The translations under genes and the position numbers were made by a program. A stretch of 64,000 bases of DNA from a virus. Positions 29,101 through 37,866 of the stretch are shown here, piece after piece; within the stretch, counting starts at the first letter, position 1; the number at the start of each line of letters is the position of its first letter. A model generated the notes under the pieces. That model had not been told where the DNA came from and searched no databases. It was given only the letters and a program-made list of their open reading frames with translations. The DNA lies in IMG/VR virus record IMGVR_UViG_3300010883_000011, positions 1 to 64,000 of that record. One strand, 5' to 3'.

Positions 29101-29163
29101 GATAACGGCAACGTCCATGCGGGCAACGGTAATCGCGTTCAAGAACCTCAAATACAAGGCTAA
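26116..29163 (+). CDS. Multi-domain GT2-like glycosyltransferase with TPR
   Basis: Three GT-A-like modules (GF..AIN...FNDD; ERN......DWIISIDTDE; A.ARN...MDPDE...GRVHE) and TPR. Confidence 0.85.
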   Translation: MQMPTEPMLPATNEITLDEDNLVLIVVPTVADPDVLVPTIVSLATRLPYSTRVVLAVNSDRPELAKKAVEQCQNVKLPNGDPMNLDVYWDDGLVGFGNAINHGIMHAAQTGGLPPYTIVFNDDLRVTEGWMQGLIAAAEADYIHLLSEPAQPIRSTMNIDTDDDALVHPPRDRNLYGRVGMVGPVTDCAAGVQQVVHDQGSRKAMISSVDGYEQFAAGWRAANEGKIFSTSFLSGYCMMFTRDCLVDLFLKDASGENYTGPFDGDQYPVAGFEDNDICLRAELLGWRQAVAYDTFIGHLGHQTFDRAFPEELRGMRNRLQYLRRWRDFNNHEEPLKLVGMYRARIGNVNDLHVFRQSVLRHSSVLDGFAVMLTNNPLDMQDGNDWEMLKPSLRPEDLEMLQACSEASQQEVTAALQTWLTRLVEQNPGGCCGDIQVDAWTGSFNERDERNAGIALAESMDADWIISIDTDEFLEDRVTRRLLDRIMLHPDPMVDSVDVGWLNHWDSTRSVRIDRPWGDDGTHTGGMRGPRLWRVCKAAPKRIQAGNYLGLHCGNAPESNNFSRVISGIRFRHFGYTRDMDRATKYARYMQIDPTPDLNMVGPNGYTHIVDDEGMRLRPYVSSNGIGFFMLCHAGEDIGQLMNWLHQTYALVDRQMLVWTDAWNDDDKSWTEMSGAKIEAITEWPATGPSQELAEFCAYYGVQWVHKELDDNLAEARNAGIDAMREHHKEGVGWAWFMDPDEWVNWGEAAYAIRSMAEISDSWGWMLKFRNIHNDGEDFSYSERVSLCRLDKEGRMRMNGRVHEGFDKSLAAIQESGIHPRLRYAPFESIHLGLNKTPEQIQKKLQYYTGLLLKQLEEDPLSPGSWTSLGLQLVNEGQVEKAIECYERGILCAGNSYLPYKELGLVYLRLARQLFEQVRDLTIEEHKFHQYAVEIVESVSRFAPEQAIIGMPHPDGETNSFELPHFPFEMMVQNEVLEVEAPVVEVECTNGKTTHADNGNVHAGNGNRVQEPQIQG

Positions 29164-29617
29164 GGACATGGAGGCTATGGCCATGACCCAAGCGGGAGTC
29201 ATCTACAAGACGCAGGTTATGATCAATGCGTCTGTGAAAGGCCCGAGCCTTGATCGCCTGCAAAGGATGGGGTACCCGTACAGCAAGCGGCGTCACCCAG
29301 GCGGGATCGATACCTCAACGCTCGGCGGAAAATACATCCGGCAACGCTACCTTGTGCATAAACGGAGCGGGAAGTTTGCCCGCTCAATCAAAGGAAAGCT
29401 GGAGCTTCACAAGGGGAGACAGAGCTACCTTGTCTATGCCAACAAAGGCACCGCAAAGCACATCAAGTTTGTGATCGAAGGAACCCGGATCATGCACGGT
29501 CGCAACATTATCTGGATGACTGGAAAAGAGAAAATGGTACAGCGTCGAATGAAGAAAGCAATCGTGAAAACATTTGGGGCACAGTTGCGAGCCCAAGCGA
29601 TGATTAGGATCGGATAG
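29081..29617 (+). CDS. Tail-completion protein (HK97 gp10-like)
   Basis: Basic; RSG.F.RSI and FVIEGT..M..R. Confidence 0.6.
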   Translation: MAKPLMQITATSMRATVIAFKNLKYKAKDMEAMAMTQAGVIYKTQVMINASVKGPSLDRLQRMGYPYSKRRHPGGIDTSTLGGKYIRQRYLVHKRSGKFARSIKGKLELHKGRQSYLVYANKGTAKHIKFVIEGTRIMHGRNIIWMTGKEKMVQRRMKKAIVKTFGAQLRAQAMIRIG

Positions 29618-29625
29618 GTATTTGA

Positions 29626-30051
29626 ATGGCTTTATCAGTAGCGAGTAGTACAGAAGATGTCATGCAAGTGCTTAGGCACGCGCTGGTCACAGATAGCACT
29701 ATCGCTGCCGTGGTTGGCGACAACGTCTGGACCTCCCATGTCATGGATGCGGATGCTGCGTCAGTGCCGTTTCCCTGCATCGTAATGAGCGTGGAGGGTG
29801 GCAGCGGATTCTACAACGGGGTGCTGCAATTCGTCACCATCGATATCTACGCGTACTCCAAGATCAGCCAAGGCCAAGCAGCCTCTATCTATGACAAGAT
29901 CTACAAGGTTCTCCAAGCAAATCGATTGGCTCTGGACAACGTAGACGCAAAGGGCGTGATCACCGAGAACGAGCGCCCAAGTGCCATGTATAACGACTCC
30001 CTCAAGGCTTGGGCTATGCGTGGTATTTGGGTAGCACTGACGGCGGGCTGA
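29626..30051 (+). CDS. Tail terminator
   Basis: 141 aa; L..D..IAAVVG, FP.I, IDIY; position. Confidence 0.65.
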   Translation: MALSVASSTEDVMQVLRHALVTDSTIAAVVGDNVWTSHVMDADAASVPFPCIVMSVEGGSGFYNGVLQFVTIDIYAYSKISQGQAASIYDKIYKVLQANRLALDNVDAKGVITENERPSAMYNDSLKAWAMRGIWVALTAG

Positions 30052-30056
30052 AGCGT

Positions 30057-30584
30057 ATGTCTACTTCCCACGCATGGGCTGTCATTCACAGCAGCAAAGA
30101 CACCTCTTGGCGTACTCCTCGGGCACTTTTCGACGCACTGGATAACGAGTTTGGATTTCAACTCGACGCCGCAGCGGCGAGCGATAACCGCCTCTGCGCT
30201 TCCTATTTCGGACCAGACCACGTTCTCCCCGAACGTCGCGATGCTCTAGAATCGCCCTGGGACCGTGCTGTGGTCTATTGCAATCCACCTTATGGGCGTG
30301 GGGTTGGCAAGTGGGTTGAGCACGCCTGGAGGCAAAGCAGGGCTGGTGCAACGGTCGTTCTTCTGGTCATGTCCTGCACGGATACGGCTTGGTGGCACGA
30401 CTTTGCTTGGAAGGCGGATGAAATCCGGTTAGTGCGTGGTAGGCTAAGGTTCACACGAAGCGATGGCACACCTGCTGCTGCTGCGCCAAAAGGCAGCGCA
30501 ATCATCATCTTTAGATCTCATGTTCCAGGGGACGGATGGCCCGATGGTCCCCGCGTACGAAGCTGGCAAATGGAGGCCAAGTGA
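30057..30584 (+). CDS. Phage DNA N6-adenine methyltransferase
   Basis: WRTP..LF..LD.EFGF.LDAAA, NPPY, TDT.WW, GRL.F. Confidence 0.9.
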   Translation: MSTSHAWAVIHSSKDTSWRTPRALFDALDNEFGFQLDAAAASDNRLCASYFGPDHVLPERRDALESPWDRAVVYCNPPYGRGVGKWVEHAWRQSRAGATVVLLVMSCTDTAWWHDFAWKADEIRLVRGRLRFTRSDGTPAAAAPKGSAIIIFRSHVPGDGWPDGPRVRSWQMEAK

Positions 30585-30787
30585 AAACTCAAGCGACACA
30601 CCCCAGACAGCGTTCCACCGCAGACCCGGTAACCAATGTGCGTTGCATGGAGTGTTCCAAGGTTTGCGCCGTGGTTCCAACTGGTTATCGGATTGCAATG
30701 AGCAAGGATAAGGCGCTTAGTCGAATCGTGGGCGTATGCGAATGCGGTACGAAGTTTTCCTTTCCGACAACCGAAGAGAGTGAATAG
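30581..30787 (+). CDS. Small zinc-ribbon protein
   Basis: CMEC...CECG; GTGA coupling. Confidence 0.55.
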   Translation: MKTQATHPRQRSTADPVTNVRCMECSKVCAVVPTGYRIAMSKDKALSRIVGVCECGTKFSFPTTEESE

Positions 30788-31185
30788 TGCCCGCGCCGAA
30801 GGGAGAAGAACGCATTGGGAAGCTGGAAAGGCATCTGGCGATGCAAGAGCATGAGCTACAGACGCTAGCCGCTCTTGTTTCAATCGCCATCAACAACAAC
30901 AGCGAACCAGACGAGCAGGACGACAGTAAACGCGGCAACGTAAATCCAGACCATATCTGGTCTTGCAAGAAGTGTGGGTCGCGGTTGGGGTTCTACGATC
31001 CGAATGAAGATATGCTCCGCGTGAGGTACAAGGACTTCGTCGCGTACATTCGTTTGGGAGAGGGAGGCATGTTCAAAGTCTTATGCCGCTCATGCTCCGA
31101 AATGAATGAGGTAAATTGGATCAACGAGATTCCCAAGGAAGCAACCACAAACGGGACACCCGATCCAAATCTACAGCGAAGGTAG
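30787..31185 (+). CDS. Zinc-finger protein (Com-like C-terminus)
   Basis: CKKCGSRLG...CRSCSEMN. Confidence 0.55.
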   Translation: MPAPKGEERIGKLERHLAMQEHELQTLAALVSIAINNNSEPDEQDDSKRGNVNPDHIWSCKKCGSRLGFYDPNEDMLRVRYKDFVAYIRLGEGGMFKVLCRSCSEMNEVNWINEIPKEATTNGTPDPNLQRR

Positions 31186-31278
31186 ACTGGAGGGATGCAC
31201 TGTGATAGGTTTTTGAAAGACGCCTTTTAGGTGCGACCCGCTCCATAAATCCAATGATCTCAAGCGAGGCGCAGCACT

Positions 31279-31833
31279 ATGCCACTTAATATTCCCTCCG
31301 GCTCTACTTCCAAAATCAGCTTCGGTCCTGGCGTTGTCAAGATGGGAAGTGCGGGCGCGACTCCCGGAATCGATGTCGGCTACCTGTCTGAAGACGGTGT
31401 GTCCGTAGAAGTCACCAATGAGAAGAAGGATATTCTCCAGGGAAATCCAAAGCTCGTTGAATACACCTTCTCCCAGACCCAGGGAGCGACCCTTTCGTTC
31501 ACGAGTATCGCATGGGACTTCACCAACTTCTGGTGGGCGCTCGGAGCAGGTGTCACCAGCATCAGCGGTACCAACCACAACATCTCCTATGGCGGTGATC
31601 CGCTTGTCAAGACGGTTGCGATTCATTTGCAGCACCAAATGGCTGTGAGTGGCAACACCATCAACGTCTATGTCTGGCAGGCTGTCAGCGACGGAGGGCT
31701 CACGTTCCCGTTTGGCTCGGACGAGCATTCGTTTGAAATGACGTTCAAGGCGCAGCGGGCTGCTACCGATTGGGCGAGTGCGTCGTTGGCATACAACAAG
31801 CAGCTTATTTATATCGAACGTGACATGAGCTAA
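31279..31833 (+). CDS. Major tail (tube) protein
   Basis: ISFGPG...VGYL..DGV; upstream of chaperones and TMP. Confidence 0.75.
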   Translation: MPLNIPSGSTSKISFGPGVVKMGSAGATPGIDVGYLSEDGVSVEVTNEKKDILQGNPKLVEYTFSQTQGATLSFTSIAWDFTNFWWALGAGVTSISGTNHNISYGGDPLVKTVAIHLQHQMAVSGNTINVYVWQAVSDGGLTFPFGSDEHSFEMTFKAQRAATDWASASLAYNKQLIYIERDMS

Positions 31834-31846
31834 GCCGGGGGCGCGT

Positions 31847-32071
31847 GTGATATGCCCCTTCTGCGGGGCTCACACTATCGTCACAGATTCCAGAACTCCA
31901 CAGTGGCCCGGCAACGCAGCGACGCTTGTTGAAAGTGTATCTGAGGCTGCGGAAGAGTTAGCAGGCGAAAACGCGCCAACACGGATTCGGAGACGAAAGT
32001 GTAGGTCTGGACACACATTCGTGACTGTCGAAGTTTCACTTCCGACTTTGATGGGATTGATACAAAAGTAA
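31847..32071 (+). CDS. NrdR-like zinc-ribbon protein
   Basis: CPFCG...VTDSR...RRRKC..GH.F.T.E; no ATP-cone. Confidence 0.7.
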   Translation: MICPFCGAHTIVTDSRTPQWPGNAATLVESVSEAAEELAGENAPTRIRRRKCRSGHTFVTVEVSLPTLMGLIQK

Positions 32072-32159
32072 ACGCTTTCTACATAGACGGCGTTGCTGGC
32101 TTTTCCTGTTGCGTTACTGTGGTAGTGTCAAACCTGCCACCCGATGCCCAGGAGGTACC

Positions 32160-32744
32160 GTGGCCGATAAAGAAACGCCGCCCACCGATCCGTCTACACC
32201 AACCGCCGAAGAGGCGGTGCCCCAAACTGATTCGCCTAACCAGAATGGCGCACCTACTAACGGGGCAGGTGAGCCAGCCGCGACGGCGGATTTTCAAGCA
32301 CTCATGGAGATGCTTGTACCTCCAATGTCTATCACCGTTGTAGATATCTTTGGAGAAACCTACGAGGTTCCTTCTGCGATTCCAGCGAGAGCGCAGATCA
32401 AGGTGATTCGGCGCTTGGAGTCCATCAAAAGTCTTCCGGTGGCGAGCCAAATCAATTTGGAGGGCGGGCTTAATGGGCCGGCGATTGCGAAGTTGATTCT
32501 GACGTTGGCGCAAGACCCACGGGTAATGGCGGCGCTTGCGGAATCGTTTGAGTTGGCACACCCTGCGCCGTTTGCCGCTACGAAGAAACGCGCTGAGACA
32601 GAGGGTACCCCATTTGAAGATGCCGCTGACTTGTTTCCCATTGAGGAAATCGTAGGTGCGCTTGTCCCTTTATTCGTGCGCCTCGCTCAGAAGGCGGGGG
32701 CGGCAGTCCGGGGTCTGGGCGAGGTGACGAATCAAATGGTCTAA
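32160..32744 (+). CDS. Tail assembly chaperone (G-like)
   Basis: Position; GGAGG RBS before GTG 32160. Confidence 0.65.
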   Translation: MADKETPPTDPSTPTAEEAVPQTDSPNQNGAPTNGAGEPAATADFQALMEMLVPPMSITVVDIFGETYEVPSAIPARAQIKVIRRLESIKSLPVASQINLEGGLNGPAIAKLILTLAQDPRVMAALAESFELAHPAPFAATKKRAETEGTPFEDAADLFPIEEIVGALVPLFVRLAQKAGAAVRGLGEVTNQMV

Positions 32745-32797
32745 CGTGGGAGGAGGTATACCAGCTTGCTGGTGGACTGTTCTCGTCTGGCTGGACG

Positions 32798-33073
32798 ATG
32801 GAAGACATGCTCGATCTGACAATCGATCAGATTCAGTTTGTCTCTCACTCAATAGTGTCTCACAAGGTGTGGCAACTGAACTTGGTGTTAGAGCCGATTT
32901 CTCAGGCTCTTGATTCTGGATTCAACAAGGGGAAGGTGAAAGGCAAAAAAAACCAGAGACGCCAGACGCCAAGCAAGGCGCAGTCAGAGAAAACCATGAC
33001 TCCTGAACAACAAGATGCGCGTCTGTCGCTCCAGCTTCAAATGATGGGGATGCCAATACACGACCCCAAATAG
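32798..33073 (+). CDS. Tail assembly chaperone second part (T-like)
   Basis: -1 frame to upstream gene; GWT.EDMLDLT.DQ. Confidence 0.6.
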   Translation: MEDMLDLTIDQIQFVSHSIVSHKVWQLNLVLEPISQALDSGFNKGKVKGKKNQRRQTPSKAQSEKTMTPEQQDARLSLQLQMMGMPIHDPK

Positions 33074-33135
33074 CGCAAATCGTTCGGGCTAAAGACCACC
33101 GCACGATATGATAGTTCTGCGCTATTGGGAAAGAC

Positions 33136-36100
33136 ATGCCAACTTCTGAAACTATTGCTCAACTTGCCGTCCGACTGGTCATGGAGGACCAGGACTTTCA
33201 GCGCAAGCTGACAGCAGCGCAGACCTCTACCACCAAGTTCAGCGGAGGCATCAAGAAGCTCGGCAACATGCTCGGCACCGTCTTGAAGCGGGCATTTGCA
33301 GCCGCAGCGGCATCGATGGCTGCATTTAGCGCCGCAACAATCGTTACCGGGGCGCGGTTTGAATACGAGATTCGAAAAGTTGCCGCGATCAGCAAAGATG
33401 GTTCTGACCGTATAGGGGATCTGACAGATAAGGCGCGAGAGCTTGGTTCCCAAACCTCGTTCTCGGCTACCCAAGCCGCCGAGGCCATGCTGAACTTCTC
33501 GCGTGCTGGTATGTCGACAGTCGACATCCTAAGCGCCACCCGCCCGGCCCTGTTGCTGGCCGAAGCTACTGCGTCCGATATGACGCTGGCAACGGAATCG
33601 ATGGCTGCGGCTCTTAAGGTTTTCAACCTCACAGGGGATCAGGGTACCAGAGTAGCAGACGTATTTTCAGCCACGCTACGCAACAGTCTGTTCAACCTAC
33701 AGGGCCTCACGGACGGTATGAAGTATGCCGGTGTCGCGGGTTCTGCTTTCGGCATTAGCCTTGAGGAAACCGCTGCTGCACTGGCCACCTTTAGAAACCA
33801 GGGGCTTGAGGCGTCACAGGCCGGCGTGTATTTCCGGGCGATGCTGGCGAAGGCTGCCAACGTCACCCCGAAAGCTAGCGCGGCTTTGTCGGAGCTTGGC
33901 CTAACTGCACGCGACATCAACCCAGAGCTTCACGACTTTTCAACGATCATGCAGACTCTTGGGGACTCGGGAATCTCAGCCTCACAGGGCATGAGGATCT
34001 TTGGGCAACGAGCCGGCGCGTCGGTCGCAAACATTGCACAACAGTTTCAGGCCGGGGCTACCGACTTTCACGACATCACGGATTCAATCAGTGAGTCTGC
34101 CGGGGAGACGGAACGCATTTGGGAAGAGATGACCGATACGGTTCAGTATCAGTCCATCGTCGCAAAGTCGGCGTTCCAGGAGCTAATGCTCACGGTCTTT
34201 GACGTGTGGGGTGGTCAACTCAAAGAACTGTTCATGGCCCTCACGGATGTCATCAACTTCACGTCGATGTATATCCAAATGCAAACGACGCAGATGAAAA
34301 AGGACTTCGATGGTTCTCTTGGTTCTGTGATCGATATGCTGAAGAACAACAAGGAGGAAATCGCAGTAGGGTTCGTGAAGCTCTTGACCGTAATGGCGGA
34401 TGTGTTCGCGTGGACAATCAAGATCATTCCGCATCTGGACAACATCTTCCGCATACTCTTTTCGATCTTTGTGGGGCTCAAGGTCACGGGCTTCGTGACC
34501 GCTATTTACACAGCCGTCATTCCCGCGCTGGCGGCTGCTGGGACGGCGGCTGCGTTCTGGGCAACGGCGGTGAACATAGCGACGTTCGGGGCGGCTGCGC
34601 TGGCTGGTGGAGTGATTGCCTTCGGTGTTGCCATGAGCGTGACAAGCGGCATGGTCAACGAGGCCGGTGGGGAGGTAGAAAGCCTGCGGTCGACCATGGC
34701 GGCTCTTGCCAGAGAAACAGAGAAACGGGAGTTCCATAACGAAGACGAATGGAACACGCTGATCTCAGACACCAAGACGCACACCCAGGAGGTTCGCGCA
34801 CAACTGATCGAGCAGGGAAATCTCAATCGGGCTCTGGATCGAGAGCTACAAATTCTTCTTCAACTGAATCCCGCAGAAGCGGAACGAATGCGACTCAATG
34901 GTCAGCTATTCGAATCCGAGGGACGACTCATCACTGTTCGTCAGGCGCTCATAAGTGGCGACGAAGCACAGTTGGCCGCGCTTGAAGCCAACAGGACAGC
35001 GATGGTTGAAAACATCGCCGGCCTGGAAGCCGAACGCCAGATGATGAACTACCGCCTCGCTGATATGCGGAGCATTCATGGAGCGCGTGTAGAAGAAGGC
35101 GATGTAACCGCGAACATGCTGCAACTGTTCAAGTTGGAGTACAACTCCGTTGAGGAGGTCAACGCGGCGCATAAGGCCCTACGGGACTCCATCGTGGCCG
35201 AGGGTCAGGCGTATCTGAACCTTGAGCAACAGATCGAGGCTGTCAACCAAAGCATCGCCGAGCAACAAGCCGCGAGAAAGAAGCTGGCTGGCGAAAGGGC
35301 CTCTGCCGATGCTGCGCGTGCTTGGGCGAAACTGCAAAAAGATCGAATTTCAGCCGCCGAGAAAAGAGCCAAGATCGAAGCGGCACTTGAAGAGCGGGGC
35401 ACGCTTGCCGGAGCCACTGCTCTTGAAACCTTCAAGCATCAGCTAAACGAAAGAACAGCAGCCATCACAACGCAGATTCAGGAAGAGATGAATCTGTACC
35501 ATGGACGCCGTGGTAGCCAAGAGAAGCTGCTGGAGCTTGAGGTTGAGTTTTATCGCCTCGCTGATCTGGAAAGATCAACGAGTCGCCAAGAGATCCTGGC
35601 CGAAATGGACTCCCAGGAAGCGGAGTTCTCCCGGAACCGTAAGGGCGACATTCAGGACGAGAAAAATGCCATTCTCACCCGCTATACAGAAGAACTGGAC
35701 GCCATAGACGAATTGCACGCCAAGGCGCAGGCAACAATCGACGCGCAAAGCGACATGAACGTCGATCATTTTGCGGAATCAATGGCGTTGGCTAAAGAGA
35801 CATCGGCACACCGCGAAGAAGCCGCCACCACCGTAGCCATACAGCTTTCCCGTCTCGACAGGGATCAACATGCTCTCGCGCAATCGGAAATCGCGGGGCT
35901 TACAGAGGGGAGACTCGATCAGACCAAGGCACTGGAACAGGAATATCGAGATTTCGTCTATTCGCTCCAGGTCAACGGCTATCAACTCTCACAGGAAGAA
36001 CAGCAACGAATAGCCGACGAATTTCTAAAGCGACGACAGGCGCGAGAACTGCAAATCGCCGACAACGTCCGAGCCATCACAGGGGAGGAGTTGAGTTGGC

Positions 36101-37866
36101 GTGAGCAGGCGCAGCGCGAGTATTCAGACTGGGACAAAGAAAACTCGGACGCTACAGAGGAGCAGAAAGAAACCGCCAGAAAGGCGTTGATGAAGAAGTT
36201 TCTTTCTGAAGAGCTACGAGAGCGTCTTGCGAAGCTGAAGAAGTACGCTGGTGCAGCTATCGCTGTTTTCAAGACGATAGCGAAAGCTGGGGCAGCGGTC
36301 TTCAAGGGCTTGGCGTCAGCGTCGCAGGCGGTATTCGGGCTCTTTCAGTCGATTTCTGGATTCTCGTTCAACCTTGTTGGGATGATTGGCGACCTCACAT
36401 CTGCGGCGCAAGAAGCCGGTGGCGCGTTCAACATCACCGAACAAGCGCAAACCATGGTCGATGACATGGTTGGCGGCGCGATCACCATGATGGAAATGTT
36501 TGTCGCTGGCGCTCCTATCTTGATCGCACGACTCGCAGAAAGCATTCCCGAGCTTATGCGAAAATTCGCTGCCGCCTTGCCACAAATCGTCCGGGCTCTT
36601 GCGAACGGTGTCCCAAACGTTCTTAGAGCAATCGCAAGCAACATCGGAATCGTGATCGACGCGCTCGCGTCCTCCATCCCGATCTTGATGCGTGGGGTGG
36701 GAGAGGCAATCCCCATTGTGGTCACTGCGATTGTCGAGGCTGTTCCGCAGATCATCTCGGCGATTCTTGAAGCGTTGCCTGCGGTGTTGTCCACCATTCA
36801 AGATGCCATTGGCCCGCTTATCGAAGCGATAGTGGGAGCGGTTGTTCAAATCGTCGCGGCGATTCCAGAAATCATCACCATGCTCTTGGCGTCTCTACCA
36901 GCGATCATTGTAACGCTCATGGATGGGGTCACAGAGATCATACGTTCCGTCATCGAGGCGTTGCCGCTTATCATCCTCGCTATTGTTGAGTCGTTTCCCT
37001 ACATTATTCGGGCGTTGATGGAGGGGCTCGTCGGGCTTGTAGTCATGCTTGTGGAGATGATTCCGGTTCTCATCGCCGAGATCATTAGCCTGATACCGGA
37101 GATTGTCCTTGCGCTCATCATGTCGATTAGCGAGATCATGACCGCTCTTGTTCTTGCGGTACCAGATCTCATTATCGCGCTCGTACAAGCCATTCCTGTG
37201 ATTATGGTGGCCCTGGTTGCGGCGATTCCAGAAATAGTCATGGCGCTCGTTTTCGGCATCGTCGGTTCCATCGGGCAAATTATCAGCGCGTTGGTGGTGG
37301 GCGTGATTGGCCGCATACCGGAGATCTTGGCAGAGGTCTGGCTGGGACTGATGGACCTTCTCTACAATGCCTGGGACAACATCATGGTCCGCATCAGGGA
37401 GTTTTTCGATAAGTATCTCGGATGGATCACAAATGTTTTCGGCGGAGGAGAAGACGGCGAAAAGGGAATGATAGGTAAGGCGTGGGACGCGACCGTCGAT
37501 GGCCTTAAATCCGCAGGCGAGAAAATGGCTGGCTGGTTTAGCTACAGCGGGATTGATTATGTCCCAGCCACCATGCGTGTCACGGTCCATCCGGGTGAAG
37601 CTGTGGTACCAGCCGACCGCAACGCCAGAGGCGGGAAGTCGGGCCAGGGCGACCCCGCTACGCCGGGATATGGCCCCCCATCCGGCGGTGGGCAATCACA
37701 ACCAATAGACATCGCAATCATGGCAGAGGGTAGGCTGTTAGATGCTGTCCAGGTAACCGCTATGCAGCGTGGACATGCTCCCAAGATCACCCGCGAGCTT
37801 CGGCGTCAGAGCGGCGTGAAAGTGGGATTCAATCGCGGTAAGTTTCAATCTTGGAGTAAAGCCTAA
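33136..37866 (+). CDS. Tape measure protein
   Basis: 1576 aa; TP901-type core (ARELG..T.FSA.QAA); Pro-punctuated hydrophobic repeats; G.DYVP..HPGEAV. Confidence 0.92.
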   Translation: MPTSETIAQLAVRLVMEDQDFQRKLTAAQTSTTKFSGGIKKLGNMLGTVLKRAFAAAAASMAAFSAATIVTGARFEYEIRKVAAISKDGSDRIGDLTDKARELGSQTSFSATQAAEAMLNFSRAGMSTVDILSATRPALLLAEATASDMTLATESMAAALKVFNLTGDQGTRVADVFSATLRNSLFNLQGLTDGMKYAGVAGSAFGISLEETAAALATFRNQGLEASQAGVYFRAMLAKAANVTPKASAALSELGLTARDINPELHDFSTIMQTLGDSGISASQGMRIFGQRAGASVANIAQQFQAGATDFHDITDSISESAGETERIWEEMTDTVQYQSIVAKSAFQELMLTVFDVWGGQLKELFMALTDVINFTSMYIQMQTTQMKKDFDGSLGSVIDMLKNNKEEIAVGFVKLLTVMADVFAWTIKIIPHLDNIFRILFSIFVGLKVTGFVTAIYTAVIPALAAAGTAAAFWATAVNIATFGAAALAGGVIAFGVAMSVTSGMVNEAGGEVESLRSTMAALARETEKREFHNEDEWNTLISDTKTHTQEVRAQLIEQGNLNRALDRELQILLQLNPAEAERMRLNGQLFESEGRLITVRQALISGDEAQLAALEANRTAMVENIAGLEAERQMMNYRLADMRSIHGARVEEGDVTANMLQLFKLEYNSVEEVNAAHKALRDSIVAEGQAYLNLEQQIEAVNQSIAEQQAARKKLAGERASADAARAWAKLQKDRISAAEKRAKIEAALEERGTLAGATALETFKHQLNERTAAITTQIQEEMNLYHGRRGSQEKLLELEVEFYRLADLERSTSRQEILAEMDSQEAEFSRNRKGDIQDEKNAILTRYTEELDAIDELHAKAQATIDAQSDMNVDHFAESMALAKETSAHREEAATTVAIQLSRLDRDQHALAQSEIAGLTEGRLDQTKALEQEYRDFVYSLQVNGYQLSQEEQQRIADEFLKRRQARELQIADNVRAITGEELSWREQAQREYSDWDKENSDATEEQKETARKALMKKFLSEELRERLAKLKKYAGAAIAVFKTIAKAGAAVFKGLASASQAVFGLFQSISGFSFNLVGMIGDLTSAAQEAGGAFNITEQAQTMVDDMVGGAITMMEMFVAGAPILIARLAESIPELMRKFAAALPQIVRALANGVPNVLRAIASNIGIVIDALASSIPILMRGVGEAIPIVVTAIVEAVPQIISAILEALPAVLSTIQDAIGPLIEAIVGAVVQIVAAIPEIITMLLASLPAIIVTLMDGVTEIIRSVIEALPLIILAIVESFPYIIRALMEGLVGLVVMLVEMIPVLIAEIISLIPEIVLALIMSISEIMTALVLAVPDLIIALVQAIPVIMVALVAAIPEIVMALVFGIVGSIGQIISALVVGVIGRIPEILAEVWLGLMDLLYNAWDNIMVRIREFFDKYLGWITNVFGGGEDGEKGMIGKAWDATVDGLKSAGEKMAGWFSYSGIDYVPATMRVTVHPGEAVVPADRNARGGKSGQGDPATPGYGPPSGGGQSQPIDIAIMAEGRLLDAVQVTAMQRGHAPKITRELRRQSGVKVGFNRGKFQSWSKA

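Noticed and set aside
36400-37350. Repeats in the tape measure C-terminal region as a novel element
   Set aside because: Pro-punctuated amphipathic repeats are normal for tape measure proteins.
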